From Octopus vulgaris (lineage: Eukaryota), in NCBI GenBank assembly GCA_951406725.2, contig OX597820.1, positions 82,646,001 through 82,710,000 of the forward strand: DNA of 64,000 nucleotides, given 5' to 3'. The position numbers were made by a program, and so were the translations under genes. The notes under the pieces are model-generated. The model saw nothing but the letters and a program-made list of their open reading frames with translations, had not been told where the DNA came from and did no database searches. This document shows positions 1 through 13,345 of this stretch, one piece after another; the first letter of the stretch is position 1; each line of letters begins with the position of its first letter.

Positions 1-789
1 GTCAGTTATGCATCCATCCCATCAGGAAAGGTATAAACAACACTCGTCAAACAGACATAGGAAGCCCTAGAAAATGTGACGTATTTATATGCATATCCAC
101 GCACACGTACACCCACGCATCTATGCAAGATGCATACATAAACACACACACACACACATATATATTAATACTTTGAACAATACGAACATGTATGTATGCA
201 AATATATACACACTCACACATACATATGTACATAAATACATACATACACATACACTCATACATATACTCACAGCACACACATAAGTACGTAGGTATACGT
301 AAATAGACGCTTACGATCACATATTTATGCACATAAACACACGTTCACATACAAGCACAAGAGCATACACATCCCAAAACATAGATACTAACACATACAT
401 ACACACACACTTACTTAAGCACATAAACACGCTTGTACACAAACATAGTATACATACATACAGGAAAAACCCCTGATATATACGCATATACATATATGGA
501 AAGCCAAGTAGTGAGGGAACGCTAAATATTTAAAAGTGTCGTTAAGGAAATATACTTCATAGGGTGAGAAAATGAAGTAAAGGGTTAGAAAGATAAGGAG
601 GGGAAAGAAAAAACAAAATAAAAAAGGAGAGAGAGAGGGAGGGGTAAGAGTAACGGGTAAAATCGTATAGATAAAAGGTAGGAAGAGAAAAAAGACGGGA
701 AGAATAAATGTTATGGGAAGTAACATAGAAGAATAAATAAAAGGTAATTTCGCCGAAAATTTTTATTAGGTAATAGATTGATACTATTT

Positions 790-1860
790 GGAAAAATCGA
801 AAGAATATTTTCTTCCAGTGTGTACACCTGTAAACGCGCTCCGTAAACTTCTTTACTAGATTATGTTTGGAAAAGAGAATGAAAAATTGCTCTTCCATAC
901 AAAGAGGACAGAAAGATTTCCCTTTATCATAGGGAAAAGATTTAGATAAAATTTTCCATTCTAAAGAAAAAAGTTTGTTAGAATTTTTAAGGTACCAGAT
1001 TAGTTTACTAAGTCCTGTGGAGTTACGCTTTCGATTTTATTTGAAGGTAGAAAAATGGTTAGCCAGTCTGGATTTCAAAAACGTAGAGGATAATCCTATA
1101 TAAAAATAAGTCTATGTTACCAGAGGTAAATTTGCATTAGTATATGGTATTCATAATTCGGCACTTTCCATTTAGGACACAAGTTTTATTAAGGCCACAA
1201 TTGCAAATGTTGGTTACATTGATGTTATCATTTAATGAGAGATTATCGTTAATATTATTGTTACTAGAATTATTAAGAGAGAAATTGTAACCTATTAGAA
1301 TACGGCTGTTATATGCAGATATAAATTTGGCAGACGTTGTTGATGTTAGAGGAACCTAATCTGATACGGCGTGTGTTGAAAATCGAGTGGTACCTTGAAT
1401 TAATAGGGACGTTTCTTTCTATAGCATTACGAGGATAGTTTGTTTGGGGTTTGTCCATATACAAGAACTTGTCAGTAAAACCGCTTCTAGACAAAGCATT
1501 GTTTCAACCCTATTAAAGATCTCTCTATTGGCCGAGAGATTAGCTAGTCGTTTACTAATGCCCGGAACCTCGTTTCTAATTAAAGTGGGGGGATAGTTTG
1601 GGCTCTTGTGGATTTATACTGTATACTGGTTAGGATTCCTCTACAGGTAATATTTTCCCGTACTGAGGTCTAAAGTTACGTCCAAGTAATCGACCGTCGC
1701 CAGGTTGGTGGTAACCGTTATGGACAGACCGAACGCCTTAAATATTTTTATCATGTCCTTTACCAAATCCTTCTTGTCCATGGTGTGGCCGTTCATATGG
1801 CTTAAGATAGCTAGACAGTCGTCCCTATACAGGGCCGACTTATGTAGGTGGGTACGTCTC
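790..1860 (-). mobile_element. Penelope-like retroelement remnant (RT C-terminal half + GIY-YIG endonuclease), 5'-truncated, frameshifted
   Basis: Minus-strand translation gives the RT catalytic motif LYRDDCLAIL (~1805-1835) and VDYLDVTLDL. Further downstream are GIY-YIG features NCGLNKTCVLNGKC..NTIY*C..FYIGLSSTFLKSRLANHFSTF (~1040-1205) and LCMEEQFFILF (~870-905). The low-complexity 3' region probably continues to the window start. Confidence 0.85.
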
Positions 1861-1919
1861 TTACATATGAAGACGCATGTATGTGTGTATGGAAGCGCTA
1901 CCTCGATGACTACTTAATT

Positions 1920-2927
1920 TTTTGGGATAGACCAAAATAAGACCTACAAACATTTTACCACAGCGTCAACACACTGCAGCCGTCTGTAAAATTCACAACA
2001 GAAACCAGCTACAATGAAGTACCATTCCTAGACATTCACATCAAAATACATATCATCACTGTCACTACAGAATATTTTGAAAAAAGCAGACACACACACC
2101 AATATTTAAATTTCTACCTTTGCCACCCCTCACACTTCAAGAGGAACATCCCATACAGTGTGGCAAGACGCATCTGCACCATAGTAACTAACCCACAAAT
2201 ACGCTAAATTAGACTTGATGAACTAAAACACTTTTTTCTAGAACAAAATTAGCCTGTGGAACTTATAGATAAACATAACTTAGACCTCCAAAAGGAAAAG
2301 CCAAGGAAGAAAGTATTCCATTTATTAATACATACAAACCTGGAATAACCAATATTTTCCACGTTACACAAACAAACCTACCAATACTCTTACAGAGCCC
2401 CAAAAATGAGAACATTGATGCACAAAAGCTACCTGCGAATAGTAAATGCCTGGATAAAAAAAAAACTTACAGAAACAACTTACAAGAGCAAAATTCACAT
2501 CGGAGAATGAAACAGAATTCTTCGTAAAGGAATGTGGAAACAGCAGATATGGAATATGCAACAACAATAGCTAAAAATATATAGATGGGGTCACCCACGT
2601 AAAATTTAAGAGTGGATTCTTATTCAAAGTAAATGCAAATATGAATTGCAAGATACAAAACTTCATATACTGCATTACTTGACCTAAATTCAAGGCGAAT
2701 TAAATTGGCAAAATCTATAATTCCCTTTGCCAAAGCGCAAAAATCCACAGGCAGCACAACCGACAAGAGGAGCTACGGAAAATTCCACTGAACAAACATT
2801 TGGAAATATGCGGAAAAAGAAAATTGAAACTCTTCCCCTTCTACAGATATTCAAGAAACAACTCAAACTTGCGAGAAAAATGGAGCTACACTTCAGAAAG
2901 AAGTTCTCACTCAAATTAAACGATTGA
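1920..2927 (+). mobile_element. Penelope-like retroelement remnant (second family; RT thumb + GIY-YIG), degenerate
   Basis: Plus-strand motifs KFTTETSYNEVPFLDIHI, QYLNFYLCHPSHFKRNIPYSVARRICTIV and MNCKIQNFIYCIT*..IGK; several in-frame stops. Confidence 0.8.
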
Positions 2928-3130
2928 AAAAAGGAAATGTTTGGAAATATGTGTAGAAAAATTCAAAGGTCCGAAAGATAACGGAATTATACTTCACAAA
3001 AATGTCCTTAACAAAAATTAACGTAACTGTATATTTAATTTGTAATTCCACTTATGAAAATTAAATATGAATTTAACTGTATATACATTATTTACATTTG
3101 ACGGATATTGTTCTCATCTTGTTTGTTATT

Positions 3131-3176
3131 AACACAACGTTTCGGCTGATATACCCTCCAGCCTTCATCAGGTGTC
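3131..3176 (-). ncRNA. Minimal type I hammerhead ribozyme motif (PLE terminal-repeat type)
   Basis: Minus strand reads GACAC CUGAUGA A GGCUG gagggUaUaU CAGCC GAAA CGUU GUGUU. Stem I is GACAC/GUGUU and stem II is GGCUG/CAGCC. The core is conserved with one extra A after A9, and the palindrome AACGUU replaces stem III. Confidence 0.75.
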
Positions 3177-3232
3177 TTGGGGAAATTTCGAACCTGGTTT
3201 CTCATTCCTAAGGTCTTCTTCTTCCTATTCCT

Positions 3233-3399
3233 AAGGTCTTCTTCTTCTTCTTCTTCTTCTTCTTCTTCTTCTTCTTCTTCTTCTTCTTCTTCTTCTTCTT
3301 CTTCTTCTTCTTCTTCTTCTTCTTCTTCTTCTTCTTCTTCTTCTCCTCCTCATCATCATCATCATCATCATCATCACCATCATCATTTCGATGTTGTTG

Positions 3400-3472
<73 letters not shown>
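3233..3472. repeat. Compound trinucleotide microsatellite (TCT)n-(CCT)-(CAT)n-(GTT)-(ATT)n
   Basis: Directly visible; explains the spurious poly-S/H/I and poly-N/M/R ORFs. Confidence 0.98.
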
Positions 3473-3473
<1 letters not shown>

Positions 3474-3474
3474 T

Positions 3475-4070
3475 GCTGTGTCCATGGGTTGAGCAGTGAC
3501 GAGCAAGGAAACCAGCGGAGATTGTGGCTCGCTGATTTCTGTTGTTGTCACTTAAAGCATGCAGAACACATGATCCAACTTCTGAACCTTTTCCTTCAAG
3601 TGAAGATGCTTCCCTGTAGCAGTGCGGGAGCATTCCATTTTCTCTGCCAGTTTACTTGTTGTTTGACGAGTATTTTCGTGCAAAAGTTGGTTTAATCGCT
3701 CTTCATTGAACTCAACTGGATGGCCAGAAGGAGGTGACATCCCAATCATGAGCGGTTCTTTCAGCTATGACACCCTCTCCATACACAGTACAAATGTAGC
3801 GAGCAGCATTTGCGGCCATAGAACCCTGATTAAATGCAAAAAGAAGGAGGTGTCGTTTTTCTTAACTTGACATTCCATTTTAATGATCTGAAAATAAACA
3901 AAAATTAACTAATATTAACTAGAAAAAACAAAAAACAAAAAAAAAGAACAAAATAGATTCCAAAATGATTCAAAAATAGACTTCTGGAAAAAAAAATAGA
4001 TTCCAGAATTTAAAATCGCGATAAATTCCAAAATTTAAAAAACGGCGGTAACTTAATTGGCAACCCAATA
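3475..4070 (-). mobile_element. mariner-like transposon 5' fragment (TIR + HTH region of transposase)
   Basis: Minus ORF 3552-3749 PSGHPVEFNEERLNQLLHENTRQTTSKLAEKMECSRTATGKHLH resembles a mariner HTH. The reverse complement of 4043-4070 begins TATTGGGTTGCCAATTAAG, a mariner-type TIR with TA. Confidence 0.8.
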
Positions 4071-4481
4071 AATGACAATCTGATATGCAGTCTGTATCAT
4101 ATTCTGTATTCCTCTCTCTAGCTCTCCTTTTTCACTCCGTTTTCTTCTGACAATTAATAATGTTCTTTCTCTCACTTTCTATCTTAATCAAGGCATCCCG
4201 CCACCATAGTGTGTCTATATATGTTTATGATCACATATCAGCATAATATTATATTTTAGTTGGTAATCATACGCCTGAAGTTGACGCGCGATAAAGCCAT
4301 CAGTATACACACACAATTAAACGCTTGTAGACAGACATACAAATATATATATATTAATTAAACAAGCACAAACATACGTAACATATATACACACATAACC
4401 ACATATACACACACAAATATATAAATGTTTGCAATATTAATACATCCAATTTTATATAAATAATATATATGCTTTTGTGCC

Positions 4482-4626
<145 letters not shown>

Positions 4627-5218
4627 ATATAAATGGATACACACATATATTCAGAGATGCACAAACATACACATATCGATAAATATAAGTGTGTATATAC
4701 GTTTCTGTATATTTGTAAGTGTCTGTGTGTTTTTGCGTGAAATAACGTTGCTAATCAGACGTTTATATATAGAACGTGATACTGTTAGCTATTAAAAAGG
4801 GTAAAAAATATATATATTGTACGAGAAACGAAAAAAACAAAAAACAAAAAGGATAAAAACACAAGACAAAACAAAACAAACTATTGAACTGTTTACAGAG
4901 AAATATTGTCCTTCTCCATAACAAATAGCACGAACGGCAAAACTATCTCATTATAAAGTGGCTTGGTTTGTAATTAAATTTCTTTTGGAGGAAAATATTG
5001 ACGAAACGTTCCGAACCTAATAGCCACTCTCTATTGTGCATATAGTTAGGACACACACATACATATATTTGTGTGTATTTGTCCATGGTTATTTGATATA
5101 GGCATATGTGTGCATCTGTGTCTGTGTCTTTATATGTATATTACTTACTTATCTTCAATCTTTTCTCGATACTTCTATATTAGTTTATACGTGTCTACCT
5201 CTTAACAGAACTCATAAA

Positions 5219-5263
<45 letters not shown>

Positions 5264-5441
5264 GTGTACTAGTTCTGGTATTTGTACGGAAAAACAAGTC
5301 TTACGCACACAGATGACAGTATTCCATGATTCAAGAATTAGAGAATGCCATATTCTTTACTTGTTGCCTTGTTTACAGTGTTAATTGTTTATCATGTGTC
5401 TAGCTTCCCTCACTCGCTAGTATTTTTCAGAATTAAGTTAG

Positions 5442-5506
<65 letters not shown>

Positions 5507-7289
5507 GTGTGCGTGTATATATATATATATATATCCTCGTACGCACACACACACGCGCACACATGCACGTGTATATATTTATGTGTACACACACACACAC
5601 AGGCACTTACACACATATATACATGTATATTTGAGCGTGGATGTATGTAAGTATATGAGTTTCAGGAAGATATTCACAACAATATGTGATCTAGGTACAA
5701 GGTTCATATAAAAAGATAGGAACTCACTATTATACAAAACCAACGCCTTCTGTGCGCAAAAAGACGGTGGTCTTTTCGTCGATGTTTCAACATTTAAAGC
5801 TGAGGTAGAGATAAGGTAGAGCTGTGATTGAACTGTTGTAGAGCTGGGGTGTCTGATGCTCCGTATTTCATTCGCCATTTGCAATGCTACTAAACTGGAG
5901 CACCAATAAATCTGCATATAATAGGGCGATGATCTCTTTCAGCATGAATTATTATATTAAAGACAGATTTGGAAAGCATCTAAAATAGATATCTATATAT
6001 TTTGGTTTGAATATAACTGATAACTTTCACGCGAGAGTTAACTTTGCAAAAACACAAAAAAAAAAAAAACAAATCAAAACACTAGCTTAAAAATAAGAAT
6101 AGTCTATCACCAAAGAACGCCGAAAGTGAACATTCCATAAAACTTCCAACCACTCAATGGCTATAATTAGGAACCTTGTGGTTGGAATAGAAGAGTATCT
6201 GCTGTATCATAGCATAAATAGATATTCAATCAAACAGATGCTATATTGATGCCATTACTAAGACGCCCTCAGCGATAATGTAGTTTATTTAGAAAAGTCT
6301 CCAGCAACCCACAGCCGTGTAAAACAGACAAAGGAATGTAACCTAGTTTAATTTTCCATACAATCATACAAGTAATTCCCTGACTCTAAGAAGACATTTG
6401 CCACCTTAGCATAAATATTAGCAATTCAGCTACTTATTTAACTGTTTTATTACATCTCTCAGATCGGATACTGCTACAGCAACCGCACTTAATATAGTCT
6501 ATACACCAACAGCTAGCAAGTACCTGTCGAAATCTACCCAAATGTTTGCTTAGGAAATCCCTCTCCTCCAAGAAAGTCCTACTCTGAGAAACAATAACAC
6601 TCGGTTGGCATTGAAAGAAATTATACGAGACAAATGGCGAGCATTTTATATGGTGACGATCTATACGATTCTTTTAGGCTGTTTTAACTAGATCGTTTGG
6701 GTAACCACCTTTGAGAGCTATAAACGTTGATTAAGTCTCTTTTTCTGTTCAAAAGCAGTGCCCCCAGCTGCATTCGCAGTTCCATGTCTAAATATGCAAC
6801 AAATAGACGGACTATGTATATACGGTACGTTGAGAGAGTTAAATGGTTAGTGTTCTGTCAGTTCTATTTCTTGTTCTAAATGTACTTCACATGTAACCTT
6901 TCCGAGTCTCCTAAACATTATTTACGCATACTTTATAAAATAGGAAACTTCTAAACCACTAGATGCTTTACGTCCACCTGCCTCTCAACTGGATCTTAAA
7001 ATCCATGCCTTGGTCATCTAGATTTTCGCACAATAAGTATATGTAAATAACAAGACAGTATTTTTACTACCCAAAATTACATATTACACACATCAAATGG
7101 TCATTCCCCAATCTTGGTGACTGTATCTTGCATTCCCACAAATAAACTTACCTCATTTATGTGTGTTTTGTTTCCACATCAACACGATCCACAAAACCAA
7201 CATTCCTTCCAACTAGTTCTCTATAATTAGTCTATTTCTCCATTGCTTGTACACATCTGCTAAGTGCATGCCCCACTTAAATCATATAA

Positions 7290-7400
7290 CCGAATGAAAT
7301 ACATCTCGGTGTAATTGCCAATTATGACAATCAACCGAAACCCGATAACTACATTCCTCTCCTTATCCTCAACAGCTATGAAGGTAATGGAAAAAATATA
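7290..7400 (+). mobile_element. Degenerate LINE (CR1/L2/Jockey-like) RT N-terminal fragment
   Basis: Frameshifted PDNYIP / LSLSSTAMKVMEKI resembles the conserved NYRPISL.S...KVMEKI motif. Confidence 0.5.
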
Positions 7401-8660
7401 CTATGTCATGTTAAATTTCTTTCCAGCAGTGTGGTTTCCAAAGAGTCCGACTTACCTTAAACTTGGTTATCTATATCATGTATTAATGGACAGGTACGTT
7501 TCAGAATGTACTCGAAAGCAGCGTGGTTGCCATGCACTTCAACCTGTATTAGTTAACACCAACGTATCTAATATGAAAAAATGTTGTCAAAGTCACCCAG
7601 TTCTGTGTAACTAACACCCTCTCAAATGAAGTGTTCGTCAAGATTTGGTTATATCTCTAAATGTTCTTATGTTCATCATTTATTTACTTATATTTATTAA
7701 AGACACACACAAGTTATGCAGAATAAACTTCTCCACTTATTTTTATGCAGATGAGTAAACTTCTTCACATCTGTTTCAGAAAGACATCTCACACAAAACA
7801 CAATTGCCGTGAATATTGTTATGACCCTAATGAAGAGAGGATCCTTTTCCTAATACGCGCACTGAACCAATATCAACACTAAAGTCAAATCGCTGCATAT
7901 CAGACAGGCAGTTCATCTGTTGCAGAAATCCTAGAAGCAGCACATAGAAAGCACTGTTAAATTCATTCCACCTTCCATATTCCACTATTGCTGATGATAT
8001 TTCCTGACGACCTGATAGATATTCTGCTACACAGATATCGGTAGCATCAACACTCTACACTGCCTAAGAATGATCTCCACTAAAGTGCAGCTCACGCCAC
8101 TGGAACAATACTATATCGAACTAGGTTGACTGGTGTATCTAATTAGCTCTTAGAACAAAACCTATCCGTCTGTGATAAAATGTGTATGCACATACACACA
8201 TAATCATATTCATGTACACACATATATCCATGTATATGGTTCCGTGTGTGTTTTGAGTATGACTTTATATATATACTCACACACAAATATGTATATATAT
8301 ATGATACTACATATATGGATATAACATTACCGATAAGTAAGGAAATTTCCATCGAGTTCACGAGGTTCCGCGTTGTCCGCGGCATCAGGATGATGTAAAG
8401 CTTATGAGTGTCATTGAGTAAACTGAAACAGTTTGGAAGCCAGGGGCTATATTAAGTTCAAACGTTACTCTGGAACACTCAACCACATGCATGCTGATCC
8501 AATGAGCACTTGAGTCGATCGAGCAACTGTATACCGATGGCGAAATTGGAAGTCATTTATTTACCTCCGTTCATATGTTGTGTATAAAGGCTTTGCTTAC
8601 CTACAAATACATATGTGCGTTTATATTTACACACGCCCAGACTCAGGTACATATATAACA

Positions 8661-8738
8661 AAGTAACACCAAATATATAGTGCGTGTGATTTTATTGGCT
8701 AAACTGGCAAAATGACCATTCCGAAATATAACAATATC
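8661..8738 (+). repeat. Solo 3'-terminal fragment of the PLE at 42817-44069
   Basis: TAACACCAAATATATAGTGCGTGTG..TTTATTGGCTAAACTGGCAA.ATGACCATTCCGAAATATAACAATATC is nearly identical to 43995-44070; it abuts an (AT)n tract. Confidence 0.9.
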
Positions 8739-8807
8739 TATACATATATATATATTTGTACATATATATATATATATACATATACATACATATATATATA
8801 TATACAT

Positions 8808-8848
<41 letters not shown>

Positions 8849-8849
8849 C

Positions 8850-8892
<43 letters not shown>

Positions 8893-9243
8893 TTTTATTT
8901 GTTTCATTCATTTAGCTGCGGCCATGCTGGAGCACAACATTTAGTCGCACAAATCTACCTCAGGACTTATTCTTTGTAAGACTAGTATTTATTGTATAGT
9001 TCGCTTTGACCGAACCGTTAAGTAACGGATAAGTAAACACATTAACATCGGTTGCCAAGCGATGGCGGGGTGACAAACGCAAACACACAAATACATATAG
9101 ACAACGAGCTTCTTTCAGTTTCCGTCTACGAAATCCACTCACAAGGCTTTGGTCTATAGTAGAACACACTTGCCCAACGTTCTACTGAATCTGGAACCAT
9201 GTGGTTGGGAAGCAAGCTTCTTACCACACAGTCACTCCTGCAC
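8893..9243 (-). mobile_element. tRNA-derived SINE, family A (head GGAGTGGCTGTGTGGTAAGAAGCTTGC...)
   Basis: Reverse complement aligns by eye with the + copy at 58799-59205 (A-box-like TGGCTGTGTGG, B-box-like GGTTCAGTCC, shared core GTGAGTGGATT..GTAGACGGAAACTGAAAGAAGC). Confidence 0.85.
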
Positions 9244-9302
<59 letters not shown>

Positions 9303-10045
9303 TCAGCCCACGTATTAGCATATAAATTTCCTTTCATTATTCCCAAGTAATTTTCGTGGTTGAAACATTAGGGATGTGTGTTTTATATAATGCAGAGACA
9401 TCATGAAAATATGTCCTGCGCATCACACATAATACAAAGGGCAAGCTGAAGGTTAAGGAAACGTATTCTGAAGTGTATAACTTTGAGAACGCTCAGTAAA
9501 ATAATATCTTATATTTGTATGTATGTTTGTAGTCTAACGGTTAAAAAATTATCCGAATCATAAAATATATCGGAATAAATATACCAGGTTACGCAAAATA
9601 TCAACACAGAAGACAAAAATGAAAAGAAAGTTTAATTCTTAATTCTATACTTAATGAGAAGTTAAGAAAAAGGGATTATCGTTGATGTTTCAAAGTAGAA
9701 TTTTCTTTAGAATGTTAGATAGTTTCGAAGTGTAAAGTTTCGAAGTAGAGGAAATAAATAAAGAAAAATGCGTGAGGAACGGGGGAAGAAGTGTTCTATG
9801 TGGTGTTGAAAATGACCGGAAATTGCATTGCAGAAATGGATTTTCATGTCTAAAGCAGCATAAATTGTATTTGTAAGTTATGCATGTGTATGTGTGTGAA
9901 CAGGATATTATAGGCTAATATGTATAATTGTGTAGCTGTGAAATGAATCTATGCGTGTATGCGCATGCATGTTCTTGATTGCTTTACAGTGTAATTTATA
10001 ATTAGCTTGTTATTTCCAGTGTTAGTTAAACTTTGTGTGTGTGTA

Positions 10046-10098
<53 letters not shown>

Positions 10099-13059
10099 AT
10101 GTGTAAATATAGGTTGACCGTTGTGTGTATAGGTGTGTGTGTGCAATATAAATGTATGCATCTATCTGACATATACATTAGTAACTCGTTTATGGCACTG
10201 TGAGATTATTGTTTCGCATGTTTGTGGAGGAAGTATTGTGGCAGTGATACGTGAGTTGTGTAAGTCTGTGAGTTTGCGTACGCACACGCGCACACATATA
10301 TATGTATACATACACGCACACAAACACATATATGCACATATAAACACACACATATATGAGATAGTGACTTCATATATAGACCTTAAACCTCAAAGTTGTT
10401 CAAACAGAAATAGATAAAATGCAATACGTTCGGTGGAAGCTACTCAAATAAAATTTAATAGAACAACACGAATTAATTACCAACAACCCTATTTTTAATT
10501 TAATCATTTCGTAATTAAGATTGAAGCTTCATACAAGTATATTGACGTATTATGCTCTGGGACACGTCTGTATCAACGATAGTGTATGTATTCGGCCGAT
10601 ACAGTTTATGAAAACAACAGCAGTAATGTAGAATTAGTTAATTAAGCACGAAGAGTAAGAGAAACTTGCCTAAGGAGACAATGGAAAACATGCTGTAAAA
10701 TACTGAGGTACAACTATCTGTCAATAAGTATTTTTGTACAATTTGAAGGTGACCTTCTCCAACAAATATTTTTTTATATAAATAATTTGGTAAACGTAAT
10801 GCACTACCCGGCTTGAACGCCCTTTTCCTTTGGTTCCTTTAACGGCGGTCATTCTGCTTCAAGTATTCTGGCCATGTTTTCTATTTGCAGAGAATTTGTT
10901 CCATTCCTCCTGCTTGTCTCGGAGACTCTGGCCATGTTTTCTCAGTATTTTGGCCATGTTTTCTCTTTGCATATAACCTGTTCTTTTTCACCAGCTTATC
11001 TTTGAGATTCTCAAAAAAATATACGGTTTGGGTACCGCCCTTCCCTCTAAATAAACGCAAAAGGTAGCGAATATTGCATTCGCTATCATGTGACCAGAAT
11101 AGTTACTTGATGCTTTTCTACACAGGAATTTTTTCAATTGTTCTATGAAGCCTCATGTGGATTCCTAAATTGTAGCCACTTGTAGATTATAATAAGTTTC
11201 CTCAGTATCCAGATTTTATATTAGTTTGTTTAGCAACTGTAAATGTGAACTCTTTATCTTGTCACCTCTAACGTCAATATCTTAGTTAACTCAGATAAAA
11301 GTTAGGTAGTAAGGTTAGTAAGGCGAGATATAACTGACTACTGTATGATACAAACAAACTATTATTATTGTTGTTATTGTTGACTATCATCACTCATTTC
11401 ACATCCTTATCTGGGCTAACTTATTGTCAAAAACATTTCAGCCAGATTATGTGTGTCTGGAGACACAATTAATCCACCTTTATTTTATGTGCCATTCCCT
11501 CGACTCGGTAAATCAAACAGGGCAATTTTGATAGCTAAACAAGAACAACAATAACGATGTCTACAACAATATCAATATCTCTATACCGAATCGAAACTAT
11601 GTCCCGTTATCTATCCAAAAATTTGCTCTCCAGGGATAACGAATGAGAAAAGAGATTATCATGCAATAGAAATAACATCGGTAGTGTTATGCAATGCAAA
11701 CTGTATTGTTATATAATGGAAATACAACCAGCTTGATTTAGAGTTTAAAAAAAGAATAACAACATTGTCTTGATCTTGTAACTAGCAACGACTGAAGAAA
11801 CCTGAGTTAAAATTAATCCAATATAAATTAAGGAATGCTTTGAAAAACCCTACTAATTTCGAAACTCAATTGTTCCAGACAGAACATAAAGGATAGTTGC
11901 TGTATTTCACGCCTTCGTTTTACTTTAATGTGTTATGAATATTCATACAGGTGGACGGTGGTAGACTCTCATTGTTCACTACATTGCTTAGTCGGTATTT
12001 TACCATAAATTTAATACCAACTAATCAGCACCCAGTTAACTCAAATGTTCGTCGTCTTACCTTCCTGACTAGCAACCTGTTCATTATACATATTTTTGAC
12101 CATTTCGGAACAAGCTAAAAGACTAACAGGAGTATAAGAAGTCGCTTTAATAAAAGTTAACACTGCAAGGTGGTTGTATTTCTAATAATACATGATTAAA
12201 GAATAGATAATTCCATATGTATATAAATTTATAATTTAGAATAGGTTGGTAAACAATAATTTCGAAATAAATATGATGATATTTCCTTGTTGGAGAAACA
12301 AACCAGCATCTCTTGTTCATTGGAAAACTTGTGATAAACGTCAAATGGATAGGATTGTGTTATCTGTGGAATAATTTTTATTCTCAAATGAAAAAAAATC
12401 GAAAGAGTTTTAATGATATTCAAAATTTTATAAAGATTGATTTTGGTATAATTTAGTTTCTAAATGTTTTCAAAGTAACTGTTTATTGCTAACATCTCTT
12501 CCTTTTTTTACATCACTTATATCCTGATTATCATGTCTGGATGCGTCAAGGGTAGCAGATGCTTAGTAATTTGAAATGTCAAGTATTATTGCAAAGGTCT
12601 GTTTGACACCTTCAAAGGCATCACCAATCTGAACTTCTGATGCTTGGTTTTCCATGGTGGCATCAAGTGCATTTCAGGTTGTATATTTGAGGTAATTATC
12701 TCAAATACTTCTCGGATATGTGAAAATGATCAGCGCCCTTTTACTCCAAACTGGTTGACAAATAATTGCTGAACTGCTTCCTGACCAACATCAATCAGTC
12801 CACCTACTGCCGAGTTATTGGTATCGACTACAACTAAAGCTCTAACAGAAGATATGGCAGGTAGTTATGTGCAGATCTGTCCAGTGCCCCCAGAATGATG
12901 CACACTAAGTTTCCAGCATCTGTGATGGTTTTGGAAATGTGAGTAACGAAAGTATTGTCGTTCCACCTCACATCTTTCCACGGGGTCAGGAAATCAATGT
13001 TGTTGGCTGGAGACAATTGTTAAGCTATGGGTTGATGAAGTAGAAAGCCATATAGAAAG

Positions 13060-13345
13060 CCATACGTTCAACAAGATTTTCTCACAAAGCCTATGTGACC
13101 AAAGACTAGATGTAAGACAATTTTTACGATTACCAAACTTGTGACCTCCAAACTCGCAAGATTCATATCCTATGGACTACTACATTTAGGGAGTTGCTGA
13201 AATTGATTTCTTCACTATACCATGACTTCACTGAAAAACCATCGGTATCCTGCTGATACCTGAAAGGAATGAGGATTATTCAGTGCAGGAATGTCAACGA
13301 TTCCGATTCCGCATGGAAGTGGTCATCGAAACTGAAGGTGAATTC
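13060..13345 (+). mobile_element. Tc1/mariner-superfamily transposase C-terminal remnant
   Basis: YVQQD and *PPNSQDSYPMDYYI*GV resemble FQQD...WPPNSPDLNPMDYY.WG. Confidence 0.6.

Noticed and set aside
5345-5436. Signal-peptide-like ORF start MPYSLLVALFTVLIVYHVSSFPHSL as first exon of the Ig/CBM14 gene
   Set aside because: The plausible donors after the peptide (5420, phase 0; 5437, phase 2) do not match the phase-1 acceptor at 16511. It remains possible only with an unseen intervening exon.
7427-7493. AG...GT-bounded 67-nt segment as a candidate exon
   Set aside because: The open frame is phase 1-2, incompatible with the next exon; the frame ending in phase 1 contains a TAA.
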